Source: an uncultured Candidatus Poseidoniales archaeon (GTDB taxonomy: Archaea > Thermoplasmatota > Poseidoniia > Poseidoniales > Poseidoniaceae). From it: 64,000 nucleotides of DNA. The notes under the pieces were generated by a model. It was not told the origin of the DNA. It saw nothing but the letters and a program-made list of their open reading frames with translations, and ran no database searches. The position numbers and the translations under genes are program-made. The stretch spans positions 14,813 to 78,812 of the forward strand of contig CAJJAP010000003.1 of the NCBI GenBank assembly GCA_905182185.1. The letters are read 5' to 3'. Below, piece after piece: positions 52,801 through 62,796 of the stretch (position 1 is the first letter of the stretch; each line of letters starts with the position of its first letter).

Positions 52801-53403
52801 TGGTTCTGCGACTGCAGTTTGATTTTGCCACCAAGTTGCCAAATCGGGTTCGTACTCAACATCTAGAAGGAATGTGTCCTCTACTGAACCATAATTCCAT
52901 GCTGTGAAAGTCAAATTAGTATTTTCTCCCTGCTCGAAGGCGATGCCCCCCTGCCAATTATTTTCTAATGCTGGCTCGTAAGACGGTGCAACTGAAACAA
53001 AAACCGTAGTAGTCGATGAGATATTAGCATCTGGCTCGGTCACGATAATGTCGAATGAGCCACTATCACTAGGAGTCCCTCCCTCACCGAGTCTAACTAT
53101 AATCGTAGTATTTTTTGACCAAGTAGGAAATACATTGTCAACTACATCTTCACTAGCAATGATCTCCCAAACCGAAGATAGTGCTGCTGAATTGATTGTG
53201 ACATTATAGGATTCAATTGAAGTTCCATTGTTGTGAATTGTAAGAGTGACATTACTAGACTGACCATCACTGAGACTAACATGAGTTACATCTGTCGAGA
53301 GATGAATCGCTTCATCTGCAGCGGCTGAAAACGCTAACGGCGTTAAACTTGCAATAAGCAATACAACAACGAGAGCCACTGCACGGGTAGATTGTGAAGA
53401 CAT
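49833..53403 (-). CDS. Large secreted surface protein with NEW3/CARDB-like Ig repeats, C-terminal TM and Zn ribbon; split by about 3 frameshifts
   Basis: Signal peptide MSSQSTRAVALVVVLLIASL; repeated N.G...D/E..L modules; TM, acidic linker, CPNC...CPSC; ORF pieces 51412-53403, 51056-51412, 50884-51135, 49833-50900. Confidence 0.7.
52414..52461 (-). repeat. 4 x 12-bp GN[AG]T coding repeat (clustered N-glycosylation sequons)
   Basis: GNATGNGTGNGTGNGT. Confidence 0.75.
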
Positions 53404-53492
53404 AGGACCAAAACTAGCGGTGTGTCCATCCCACTTGAGAGGTTCGGCCCTAGGGACCGCTAAAACGACTACATTTTGAGTTTCAAACCAAC

Positions 53493-54734
53493 TCAGGATA
53501 GTAATGCTGCGATTTTTTCCGAATCGATTAATTCCCAAGGAAATTCGCCATTAGCCCCTGGAATTCTTCCGAAATGGCCTCCTGCTGCGCATGGAGAATA
53601 AATTGGTCTTAGCAAATTCAAATCCTTTGTAATCGCACCAGGTCTGAAATCGAAAACATTTGAAACCTTTTGAGCAATTTGTCTATCGGTTAGCGAAGAA
53701 GTTCCGAAGGTTTCAACTCTCAAACTTACAGGTTCTGCAACTCCGATAACATATGCTAATTGAATCTCACAAGTATCTGCTAACCCAGCGGCAACAACGT
53801 GTTTTGCAGCCCACCTTGAAGCATATGCTGCTGAGCGGTCAACTTTTGAAGGATCTTTACCAGAGAATGCCCCACCGCCATGACGGCCCATGCCACCATA
53901 GGTATCTACAATGATTTTACGACCAGTCAAACCTGCATCTGCATATGGACCACCTGGGTCGGCAAATCGCCCCGTTCCATTTACTACCAGATTGTAATCG
54001 CCATCGATTAATTGAGCTGGAATTGAATGATTTACGACGTGCTCAGTGATTTGTTCTCGCACATATTCCAATTCTTTTGCTTCATCTCCATCGAATTGGT
54101 CTTTCAGATACTTGTCATGTTGAATAGCAATAATTACTGTATGGACACCCTTAATCTTGCCATCTTCATCATATTCAACTGTCACTTGAGACTTGCCATC
54201 AGGGCGAGCCCAAGGCAAAATCCCTTGTTCTCGTACTGCGCTGAGCCTACGGGTTAACTTTTGTGAAAGTGCTGCAGCTAGCGGGAAATAACGACCCTTT
54301 AATTCGGGATAGGATTCTGTTTCTGTGCAGGCATATCCGAACATTAGTCCTTGGTCACCAGCACCCTGTTGCAATCCATCCTTGTTAACGCCCTGAGCGA
54401 TATTCGCCGCTTGAGTAGTAATGTGGACTTGCACATCACATAACTCATGAGATGTTGCATCCATACCAATCGTCATGACTATTATATCCAATAGAGGCTG
54501 CGTGTTACGAGCGATCGCTTGATAATCCGGTATATCTCCCGAAAGAGAAACTTCTCCAGCAAGAACGATTAGACTTCTGTCTTCTTTTCCCTTTACACAG
54601 GTTTCAACTGCAACCCTTGCATTTGCATCCACCCTTAGACACGCATCGACAATGGCATCAGAAATAGCATCGCATAATTTGTCTGGGTGCCCGCTAGTAA
54701 CGGATTCCGAGGAGAACAGGTCGGCCAACATATA
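53493..54734 (-). CDS. metK: S-adenosylmethionine synthetase, bacterial/eukaryotic type
   Basis: FSSESVTSGHPDK, GAGDQGLMFGYA, RPDGKSQVT, DAGLTGRKIIVDTYGG, GGGAFSGKDPSKVDRSAAY. Confidence 0.96.
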   Translation of the reverse strand, partial: YMLADLFSSESVTSGHPDKLCDAISDAIVDACLRVDANARVAVETCVKGKEDRSLIVLAGEVSLSGDIPDYQAIARNTQPLLDIIVMTIGMDATSHELCDVQVHITTQAANIAQGVNKDGLQQGAGDQGLMFGYACTETESYPELKGRYFPLAAALSQKLTRRLSAVREQGILPWARPDGKSQVTVEYDEDGKIKGVHTVIIAIQHDKYLKDQFDGDEAKELEYVREQITEHVVNHSIPAQLIDGDYNLVVNGTGRFADPGGPYADAGLTGRKIIVDTYGGMGRHGGGAFSGKDPSKVDRSAAYASRWAAKHVVAAGLADTCEIQLAYVIGVAEPVSLRVETFGTSSLTDRQIAQKVSNVFDFRPGAITKDLNLLRPIYSPCAAGGHFGRIPGANGEFPWELIDSEKIAALLS

Positions 54735-54902
54735 CCGCTCCCAAAGCCAATCATTTATGAACAATACGCCTATTTAATACAAATAATATTCTCAAAGATA
54801 ATATTATTGTGATTAATTCATTCAACGAATAATCAAAAAACGCTGAATTATGCTAATTGATGAACCGATGTTTTGATGTGAGGATGACCGCCCCACAGCA
54901 CC

Positions 54903-56309
54903 ATGAGCCACTATGTACCAACCGCATATCGCACCCACACTCTAGGCGAAATTCAGAGCAAGGGCTCCGAACTTGTTGATAGCGAAGTTACTATTGCAGG
55001 TTTTATGGAAGCAAATCGCGGCAAAGGTGCGATTTGTTTTGTTGACCTAAGGGATGGAACTGGCAAAACTCAAGTATTCTTGAAGCAAGATAATATCGGC
55101 GAAGAAGCACTGGATTTAGTTCAGAGAATGACTCGTGAATCCACTCTACAGTTTACCGGGATTGTTTCTGAGAAGCGCCCACCTAAGGCTAAGGAAGGAG
55201 TTCCGACTCCACCGCCAGCATACGAGGTCGTAGCAACTTCTGTTAATCTAATCGCACGTGCTGAAGCACCACTTCCATTGGGGGTAACTGATACAGTCCA
55301 TGTAGCACTTGATACAAGACTTGACAATCGATTCTTAGATCTTCGCCGAACACATGTTAATGCAATGTTCCGCCTCCGTGGAAAGGTTTTGCAGTATGGC
55401 CGAGACAAATTGAATAGTGAAGGGTTTATTGAAACTCATACTCCGAAAATAGTGGCAACCGCTACCGAAGGTGGCACTGATTTGTTCCCTATGACCTATT
55501 TTGAGACACCCGCTTACCTAAATCAATCTCCACAATTATTCAAACAATTATGTATGTCTGGCGGCCTTGAGCGTATTTACGAGATCGGTCCAGCATTTAG
55601 AGCAGAAAAGCATGATACATATCGCCACTTGAATGAATTTATTTCATTTGATATTGAATGTTCTTGGGCTAATGATGAAGATGTGATGGGAATTTTGGAA
55701 AGAATGATCCATCACATTTGGAAATCAATTTCAGAGGATGAAGAATGTCTAGCCCATATTGCTACAATCAATCAATTCAGAGCAACTCAAGATGAAGAAC
55801 CAATAGAATTAATCGTGCCTGAACTACCATTCCCACGTGTATCATATTGTGATGCTATTAAAATTATCAAAGAGAAAGGTGGAAAGATAGAATGGGGCGA
55901 TGACATCGATGCAGAAAATTCAGATTTACTCGCTGTTGATTTACCTCAATTCTATTTCCTGCCTCAATGGCCGATGGAACTAAAACCGTTTTACATTCAT
56001 CATATCGAAGGTGAAATGGGTAGCACTGACCGCCAGTTAAGCCGAGGATTCGACCTAAACTTTGGAAGGGATGAATTAACTTCTGGAGGTCAGCGTGAAC
56101 ATCGTATTGATGTTCTTATCGAGAACCTAAAGGATATGGATTTAGACCCTGAAGAATTTGAATTTTATGTTGCTGGATTCCGCCACGGCGTACCACCACA
56201 CGCTGGTTGGGGACTTGGTGTTGAAAGGATTCTAATGAAATTGACAGGAGCAGCGAATGTTCGTGAAACTGTTCTGTTCCCTCGTGACAGAAAGCGAATT
56301 TGTCCTTGA
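54903..56309 (+). CDS. aspS: Aspartate--tRNA ligase (archaeal type)
   Basis: RTH, FVDLRD, TRLDNRFLDLR, LNQSPQLFKQ, FRAE..RHLNEF, SGGQREHR, PPHAGWGLGVER, LFPRD. Confidence 0.95.
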   Translation: MSHYVPTAYRTHTLGEIQSKGSELVDSEVTIAGFMEANRGKGAICFVDLRDGTGKTQVFLKQDNIGEEALDLVQRMTRESTLQFTGIVSEKRPPKAKEGVPTPPPAYEVVATSVNLIARAEAPLPLGVTDTVHVALDTRLDNRFLDLRRTHVNAMFRLRGKVLQYGRDKLNSEGFIETHTPKIVATATEGGTDLFPMTYFETPAYLNQSPQLFKQLCMSGGLERIYEIGPAFRAEKHDTYRHLNEFISFDIECSWANDEDVMGILERMIHHIWKSISEDEECLAHIATINQFRATQDEEPIELIVPELPFPRVSYCDAIKIIKEKGGKIEWGDDIDAENSDLLAVDLPQFYFLPQWPMELKPFYIHHIEGEMGSTDRQLSRGFDLNFGRDELTSGGQREHRIDVLIENLKDMDLDPEEFEFYVAGFRHGVPPHAGWGLGVERILMKLTGAANVRETVLFPRDRKRICP

Positions 56310-56362
56310 TTTCATAACAAGTAACCGAAAACAACGGGCTATCTAAAGCCCCTCGCATTAAC

Positions 56363-57110
56363 ATGGCCTGTGATAGAATGCAATGGGGTGCGGAACCATG
56401 GCAATACGCTGATTTGTATATGCCCGATGATGAATCGCCATACCAAAAAGGAGGGAATATTCCGTGCGTGATGCTCATTCATGGTGGTTTTTGGAAAGAG
56501 CAATACACTTCTGAATTGATGAGACCTATCGCAGAAGACCTCGCAGAAGCGGGTATTGCGGCCTGGAATATTGAGTTCAAACGCTGGAAAGAAGGCGATG
56601 AAGGCGTTTGGATGGATACTTTATCAGACGTTCATGCGAGCATGGGGCCAACTTGCCCTATTACCGAATATAGATGTCCAGAGGTCGATGATCATGGGTC
56701 ATTCCGCTGGTGGGCATCTCGCTCTATTATTGGCGGCAAAGGCTGAACGTAAACCTTGGTTGGCCATTGCTCAAGCACCAATTGCAGACCTAATAGCAGC
56801 AGACCAAAGTGAACTATCGGACGAGGGGGATGCTGTAAGAAAATGGATTGGATGCTCCCCTCAAGAGAATCCAACTCTTTGGAATCAATTAAATCCGCTC
56901 ACAAACCCTGCTGATTGCCCGATTCTTCTAATCCATGGTGCCGAAGATAGCGAAGTGCCACTCAGCCAATCTGAGGCTTATGCTAAAATGATGAAGGAAA
57001 GAGATGATGAAGTCAATGAATTATGGTTACCGGGAGACCACTTCTCAATTATTGATATTGCAAGTGATGATTGGCTTGTGCAACTTAATGCTATTACCGA
57101 TTGGCTCTAA
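56363..57110 (+). CDS. Alpha/beta hydrolase, frameshift at ~56634
   Basis: LIHGGFW in the first frame; GHSAGG, IHGAEDSEVP, GDHF catalytic triad motifs in the second. Confidence 0.85.
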
Positions 57111-57171
57111 GTCGCTTTTGAAAATATTCTCTAAGGAAATGCCTATCATGCAATGCCGCGTGGCATGACGC

Positions 57172-57987
57172 ATGGACCTTCTAGGCGATGATTACCCGTA
57201 CTCCAGTACTGCCCTTAGAGGAAAACATGCTCTAGTGTGCGGAGCAAGCAAAGGAATTGGTGCTGCTACTGCAAAAATTTTGGCAAAAGCAGGGGCTAGT
57301 GTAACGGTCTGTGCTCGAAACACAGAGGCTTTGAATGAATTATGTATTGAACTTTCAACATTAGGAAATGGTTCCCATTCCTCACTCCCACTCGACCTTG
57401 AAAATACAGAAGCGATTAAGCCTGCAGTTGAAGACTTAATCTCTACAAAAGGGGCTATTCACATCCTAATCAATAATGCAGCCGGTCCCAAGGGTGGGCC
57501 TCTTATTGGAGTTGATTTGGCTGATTTAGAAGGACCTTTCAAACGCCATCTTCATGCATCACACACAATGGTTCAAGCAGTGGTTGCTGGAATGGAAGCT
57601 GAAGGTTACGGAAGAATTATTCAAATAATTTCTACTTCGGTAAAAGAGCCAATTCCAAATCTAGGATTGTCTAATACCTTACGAGGTGCAATGGCTTCGT
57701 GGTCCAAAACACTGTCAAGAGAATTACCTGCTTGCATCACAATCAACAATGTTTTACCGGGATTCACAGATACGGAAAGACTTGGTTCTCTCGCAGCATC
57801 AATTAACGAAAAAACTGGTAAGAGTGTTGAAGCAATTCAAGAAGGTTGGATGGTCCAAGTACCGATTGGACGTTTGATAGATCCTCTGGAAACTGCATCT
57901 GCAATCGCATTCCTAGCAATGCCTGCTTCTGGCGGCATACGTGGAGTCTCTTTGGCTGTCGATGGCGGAAGATTGCGTTCAATCTGA
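57172..57987 (+). CDS. SDR family oxidoreductase
   Basis: CGASKGIG, ILINNAAGP, SNTLRGA (atypical active site), NNVLPG..T.R, VDGG. Confidence 0.9.
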   Translation: MDLLGDDYPYSSTALRGKHALVCGASKGIGAATAKILAKAGASVTVCARNTEALNELCIELSTLGNGSHSSLPLDLENTEAIKPAVEDLISTKGAIHILINNAAGPKGGPLIGVDLADLEGPFKRHLHASHTMVQAVVAGMEAEGYGRIIQIISTSVKEPIPNLGLSNTLRGAMASWSKTLSRELPACITINNVLPGFTDTERLGSLAASINEKTGKSVEAIQEGWMVQVPIGRLIDPLETASAIAFLAMPASGGIRGVSLAVDGGRLRSI

Positions 57988-58025
57988 TGCACGACTTCAA
58001 AAACAAGAGCGAATGAGGTGAACAC

Positions 58026-58865
58026 ATGGAAAGTTCAGTCAGTCCTGAAAGAGCCAAGATGATTCTTGATATGCTCACATCTGGTGGTGCGATGAGTGAT
58101 ATTAACACTCCATTGGCACTTCGGTTAATACCTCTCGCAATAGAACTTGAAGATAATGAATTGGCTCAAAAACTACTTGCCCATGCTGCTGAAGTAGCCG
58201 CAAATGAAGTTGAATCGGGATGGACAAAATTCGAGTCACTAAAGCACACCAATGCCTCAGTAGACGCTTTCTATCAACTGGCTGTTGAATCTGAAAAGAT
58301 AACAGAAGCACAAAAATTAGCAGCAGCAGTTCTTCATCATGTATCATTATTACAACTCGCTGGAGATCAACTTGATGAAGCAAAAGCGAGTGCATCACGA
58401 TCGCTTCGTATTAGAGAAAAAATAGAAGATTCTAATGGAATTGTATATGGTCTCGCAGTATTGGAAGCGATTGCGAAGAAACAACAGGATTCTGACAGCG
58501 CAATCGCCCTAGGGACAAGAAGAGTTGAGATATTGATGCGAGATAACGATGAGGATGGACAAATTGAAGCAATGTCGGATTTAGCTCATAGCCAAGCAAC
58601 AATCGGACATTTTGATTCAGCCCGAGATTTGTACACTGAATCATTAGAAATAGCAAAACGATTGGGAGATTTGTCGGGTCAATTAGTTGCATATTGGGGA
58701 TTAGCAGACCTTTGTGAAATCAATGAAGATTATGAATCTGCAATGATACATCTTTCTGATTGCTTGCACGCTTTCCTACAACAAAATCTACCTACACCAG
58801 CTCAAGTTAGAGTTAGAATAAATGCATTGGCAGATATTCAAGCAAATCCAGAGGCTAAGAAGTAA
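58026..58865 (+). CDS. TPR repeat protein
   Basis: SLRIREKIED, ARDLYTESLEIAKRLGD TPR patterns; RBS GAGGTGA. Confidence 0.8.
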   Translation: MESSVSPERAKMILDMLTSGGAMSDINTPLALRLIPLAIELEDNELAQKLLAHAAEVAANEVESGWTKFESLKHTNASVDAFYQLAVESEKITEAQKLAAAVLHHVSLLQLAGDQLDEAKASASRSLRIREKIEDSNGIVYGLAVLEAIAKKQQDSDSAIALGTRRVEILMRDNDEDGQIEAMSDLAHSQATIGHFDSARDLYTESLEIAKRLGDLSGQLVAYWGLADLCEINEDYESAMIHLSDCLHAFLQQNLPTPAQVRVRINALADIQANPEAKK

Positions 58866-58874
58866 TAGAGCGAT

Positions 58875-60317
58875 TTAACGTTTAACACAGACATTGGTCA
58901 TCTCTGAAAAGAATGACAATGACCAACGGCCACCCTCTCTACCGACTCCAGAGTTCTTAACGCCGCCAAATGGAGTGCGTAAATCTCTGTGCATCCATGT
59001 ATTGACCCAGATAATACCGCTATCGACTCGCATGGCCAAATGTCTACCTCTTTCAGCATCTTCAGTCCAGATAGAACCTGCTAATCCGTATTCAGTACAG
59101 TTGGCCATCTCAATCGCCTCATCGTCTGTTGCGAAGGAATGAAGGGTTACAACAGGACCAAATATTTCCTCTGTAGAAGTTCTTGACAGATGACTAAGGC
59201 CCCCAATTACGGTTGGTCTGAGATATGCACCTGCTGGATTTGGTCCTACTTGTCCAGTCATAGCACGGCTTCCACCACTGAGGACTTGCCCACCTTCTTC
59301 GATGGCTAAATCAATGTATGATTCTATTTTCAGTAGGTGCTCCATTGAGATAACTGAACCCATTTGTGTTGATTCATCACTTGGATCACCTACCACCATC
59401 GCATCGACTTGTTCAACAAATTGTTTACAAAAGTCGTCATATATTGATTGGTGAATTAAGATTCTTGAACCGCATAAGCAAACTTGTCCAGAATTGGTAA
59501 ATGCTGCTCTAACCACCTCTGGAACCACAGTTTCAAGATTGGCATCATCAAGAATAATGGTTGCATTTTTACCCCCTAATTCCAATGATAACTTTTTGAA
59601 TAAAGGAGCAGCAGTTCTCGCAACAATTCGCCCAGTAGATGTGCCTCCGGTGAAGGAAATACCGCCGATATCTGGATGCTCAAGAATGGCTTGCCCAACC
59701 TCTGGACCTAAGCCATGAACTAGATTGAAAACGCCATCTGGAAGTTGCAATCTTTGCATTGTCCGGGCCAGTAAATTGGCTGTAAGTGGCGTGATTTCAG
59801 ATGGTTTTGCAATTATGCAATTACCCATAAGTAATGCCGGTGCAACCTTCCATGTTAGCAGGTATAGTGGAAGATTCCAAGGGGTTATCAATCCAACGAT
59901 TCCGAGCGGTGAAGTGTCAACATAATTTGTCGCATCTGACATTTCAAACACTAGCGGTTGCTGGCTTCTTGCAAATTCTGCGAAGAAACGAAAATTGCTT
60001 ATTGAACGAGTGGCATCTGTTGAGCGGGCAAGTGAAATTGGTTTACCTGTATCAAGTGATTCGGTTTGTGCTATCTCTTCCTTTATGTCCTCTAATGCAT
60101 CTGCAATTTTATCTAACCAATCCGCTCTTTCAAGGATGGTTAATGCAGACCATTGTGGTAGTGCTTTCTTTGCAGATAGTACCGCAGCATCAACATCAGA
60201 CGCCGATGCTCTAGGAATAGTAGCAATATGAGTTCCATCGGCTGGATTGAAATTATCCATCATACGCTCTTCGATAGGTGCGGTGAATTTACCATCAATG
60301 AAATTATTGATTATCAT
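58875..60317 (-). CDS. Aldehyde dehydrogenase, 2-amino/2-hydroxymuconate semialdehyde dehydrogenase (ALDH8A1)-like
   Basis: ITPWNLPLYLLTWKVAPAL, FTGGT, LELGGKN, NSGQVCLCGSR, EEIFGPV, RDLRTPFGG. Confidence 0.85.
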   Translation of the reverse strand: MIINNFIDGKFTAPIEERMMDNFNPADGTHIATIPRASASDVDAAVLSAKKALPQWSALTILERADWLDKIADALEDIKEEIAQTESLDTGKPISLARSTDATRSISNFRFFAEFARSQQPLVFEMSDATNYVDTSPLGIVGLITPWNLPLYLLTWKVAPALLMGNCIIAKPSEITPLTANLLARTMQRLQLPDGVFNLVHGLGPEVGQAILEHPDIGGISFTGGTSTGRIVARTAAPLFKKLSLELGGKNATIILDDANLETVVPEVVRAAFTNSGQVCLCGSRILIHQSIYDDFCKQFVEQVDAMVVGDPSDESTQMGSVISMEHLLKIESYIDLAIEEGGQVLSGGSRAMTGQVGPNPAGAYLRPTVIGGLSHLSRTSTEEIFGPVVTLHSFATDDEAIEMANCTEYGLAGSIWTEDAERGRHLAMRVDSGIIWVNTWMHRDLRTPFGGVKNSGVGREGGRWSLSFFSEMTNVCVKR

Positions 60318-60319
60318 TT

Positions 60320-61444
60320 TCAGACCTCCACATCGTATAACCAACGGTCACCATCCGGATCCCATTCATCCCAAGTTGGAAGTGAACTCAAAATTTCTAA
60401 ATATTTTTCTGGAACGATACCTGGAACGACGAATGCTTTCTGGCGGTGTAATGGATATGGGTTTCTCAAATCAATTCCTAATACTCCCAATACTGCCCTT
60501 GCAATATACCATGTTGCTTGTGAATTCCAGCCATGAGCGATTTTGATAACAATACCGAGGCCTTTCGGATAATCTGGATGTTCAATCGCCAAACCGAGCA
60601 ATCCATCTGCACCTTCTTTAGCGATTACCTTTCCCGCTCCTGCCTTCAATACAGTTGAATCCAAACGATTGAATCCTCCAACTAAATCCGGGTGTCTAAT
60701 CATTGCTTCCCAAATCCAATCTTTATCTTTATCACGAACAAGACCTGCGTAAATCTGTGCTAATTCAGCGACAGTGTTGGAAACTGTGGGCAAGCCACAG
60801 CCATCCTTTGCAATGCGAAGTGGTTTCCAATCTTGACCTAGATATTTTCTTAATTCAGCCATATAGGCAGTGAATACTTCATGTCCTGGAAGAGTATATC
60901 CTGCTCTATTCCATCCTTTCTTACGGCAACCGTGCAATATCGCAGAATGCTCACCCGAACATGTGTGAAACCAACGGCGTGGCCTACGAACTTGACGACC
61001 GAATTGGATTAGAGGTACGTCTAATGGGGTTAGCATCAATGGCCATTCTGATTCATTAAGTAACGACTGAGCGGCAGCGACATGTTCTGTATCACCATTG
61101 TGTGAAGCAACTGCTATCGCCTTTTGTTCCCAACTACAATCCTCCAATTCCTCTGTGAATGCCTTGAGCATAAATGGCTTCATCATCGAGCGTCCATAAC
61201 ATAGCACATTGCCACCGAAGGAATGGATCACTTCATCACCATGCGCCCATGCAACCGCACCGTGTATGGTAGTTTCAGAAACACCGTTTCTGCGGTAATC
61301 AACAAGTGGCTCCCATGCAACTTCTCGGCCGGTTGGAATACCTTCAATCGATTCTCCAAGTGGAGATGATGGAAACATTGCGGACCCAGGATTACCGGGC
61401 TTTACCGCAGAGTGTTCATCATGACGGATTTCCATAATCGTCAC
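60320..61444 (-). CDS. L-asparaginase II (class 3, Rhizobium AnsA-type) family
   Basis: RSMMKPF, ASHNG, CSGEH, DGCGLP, AKEGADG, KIAHG. Confidence 0.75.
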   Translation of the reverse strand: MTIMEIRHDEHSAVKPGNPGSAMFPSSPLGESIEGIPTGREVAWEPLVDYRRNGVSETTIHGAVAWAHGDEVIHSFGGNVLCYGRSMMKPFMLKAFTEELEDCSWEQKAIAVASHNGDTEHVAAAQSLLNESEWPLMLTPLDVPLIQFGRQVRRPRRWFHTCSGEHSAILHGCRKKGWNRAGYTLPGHEVFTAYMAELRKYLGQDWKPLRIAKDGCGLPTVSNTVAELAQIYAGLVRDKDKDWIWEAMIRHPDLVGGFNRLDSTVLKAGAGKVIAKEGADGLLGLAIEHPDYPKGLGIVIKIAHGWNSQATWYIARAVLGVLGIDLRNPYPLHRQKAFVVPGIVPEKYLEILSSLPTWDEWDPDGDRWLYDVEV

Positions 61445-62697
61445 TCCAACAATTTCTCGACCAATGGTACAACCTGCTCCATATATGCAGTCATATTACG
61501 GCAGACTCTATCACTATCGTGATTGAAGAAATCAAACCAAGCCATGACTCTATCTTGCGGGTGGAAACGCTCAACCATTTGTTTTGCGATATCTTGGGGA
61601 TTGCCAATAAGCGCGTTATTTGAAGCATTTGTTACTTTAGAAGGGTCAATCGTGCCTTCCAATGCCTTCCAATATGCACCTAGTGCAGAGTTTGCTTCTT
61701 GCTGCGCTGCTTTTGTCTGTTGCTCTGCAGTCAGTCCTTGCTCTGCATTAATAAAAACGAAACTAGTTCTAGGCATATCACTACGCTTCCATTGCCCACC
61801 ATCAGGGTGGTATAATTTAGACATCTTTTGGTGAGTAGCATCAATGATTTCATCCTTGGTAATAGACAGATTGAACACCTTTACTGGAAGAATTGTGTTA
61901 ACGAATTGTTGTGCTTTAGGATCGTGTGTCCCAGCAACTAATTGTAATAATTCACGGCGGAAGTTTTGTGGAATGATTTTCAAATCTTCAAAGACATAAC
62001 GCTTAGGAATTTCAATTTCTTCAGGAACGGAGTCAAGTCCTTCAAACTCAACTGCTGCTTCTTGAACTGCTTGCCAATCTTCATCACTACGGAAATTGGC
62101 TCTGGTCAATATGGTCTTGTAAGTCTGAGTTGAATTGATCGTATCGCCCCTTAACAACCTCAAGAAGATATCACTTGCTTCCATGAAGATTTGTCCTCTC
62201 AGTGCTGGCCATGCTGCCTCTTCTACCGAATTACGAGGAACTATGCCATAGGGCCTTGCCATAAATTCAAAGCGTCCTGCTGCAAATCCTACGTGTAATC
62301 TACGCTTTTCATTCGCATCAAGTCCGAGTAGATTGAGGGTGTTAGCAACTCTTTCTGCTTGTGCTATAGGTCCTCCAGATGCAAGTATTGAGAGAACTGC
62401 ACTGCCGATTTCAATATTCTTAGTTCTTCTAAAAGAATCCATAGCCAACTGTGGGAAATCGGTACACAATCCAACCTCTCCAATCCAATGTGGAACAACT
62501 GGTCGCGAGTTACTCTTTTGTGTTTCAGTTGAGAGATGTGCTTGGGCTAACCAACCGACTGCGAAGCCTAAATCATCAGCGCATTGCAATTGCTGATAGT
62601 AATTAGCGAACATTTCTTGCTCACTAGGAACATATCCATCAGCATTTGGAGTTTGACTGATTGAGAAGAAAATATCGTGCTCCATAGTCTGTCCCAC
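61441..62697 (-). CDS. LLM class flavin-dependent oxidoreductase (luciferase-like)
   Basis: ADDLGFAVGWLAQAH, TKNIEIGSAV, P...AE, LHVGFAAG, LIGNPQDI. Confidence 0.8.
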   Translation of the reverse strand: MGQTMEHDIFFSISQTPNADGYVPSEQEMFANYYQQLQCADDLGFAVGWLAQAHLSTETQKSNSRPVVPHWIGEVGLCTDFPQLAMDSFRRTKNIEIGSAVLSILASGGPIAQAERVANTLNLLGLDANEKRRLHVGFAAGRFEFMARPYGIVPRNSVEEAAWPALRGQIFMEASDIFLRLLRGDTINSTQTYKTILTRANFRSDEDWQAVQEAAVEFEGLDSVPEEIEIPKRYVFEDLKIIPQNFRRELLQLVAGTHDPKAQQFVNTILPVKVFNLSITKDEIIDATHQKMSKLYHPDGGQWKRSDMPRTSFVFINAEQGLTAEQQTKAAQQEANSALGAYWKALEGTIDPSKVTNASNNALIGNPQDIAKQMVERFHPQDRVMAWFDFFNHDSDRVCRNMTAYMEQVVPLVEKLLE

Positions 62698-62796
62698 ACC
62701 TAGCCAATAAGTGACCGGTCATAACAAATGTGGCAGCGCTAATTAGAAAATGATATCCGGCGATTGATTGAAAACTACTTGGCGCTTGGCAGTGTT

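Noticed and set aside
53404-53538. N-terminal extension of ORF 51412-53538
   Set aside because: It overlaps the metK end; the signal peptide begins at ATG 53403
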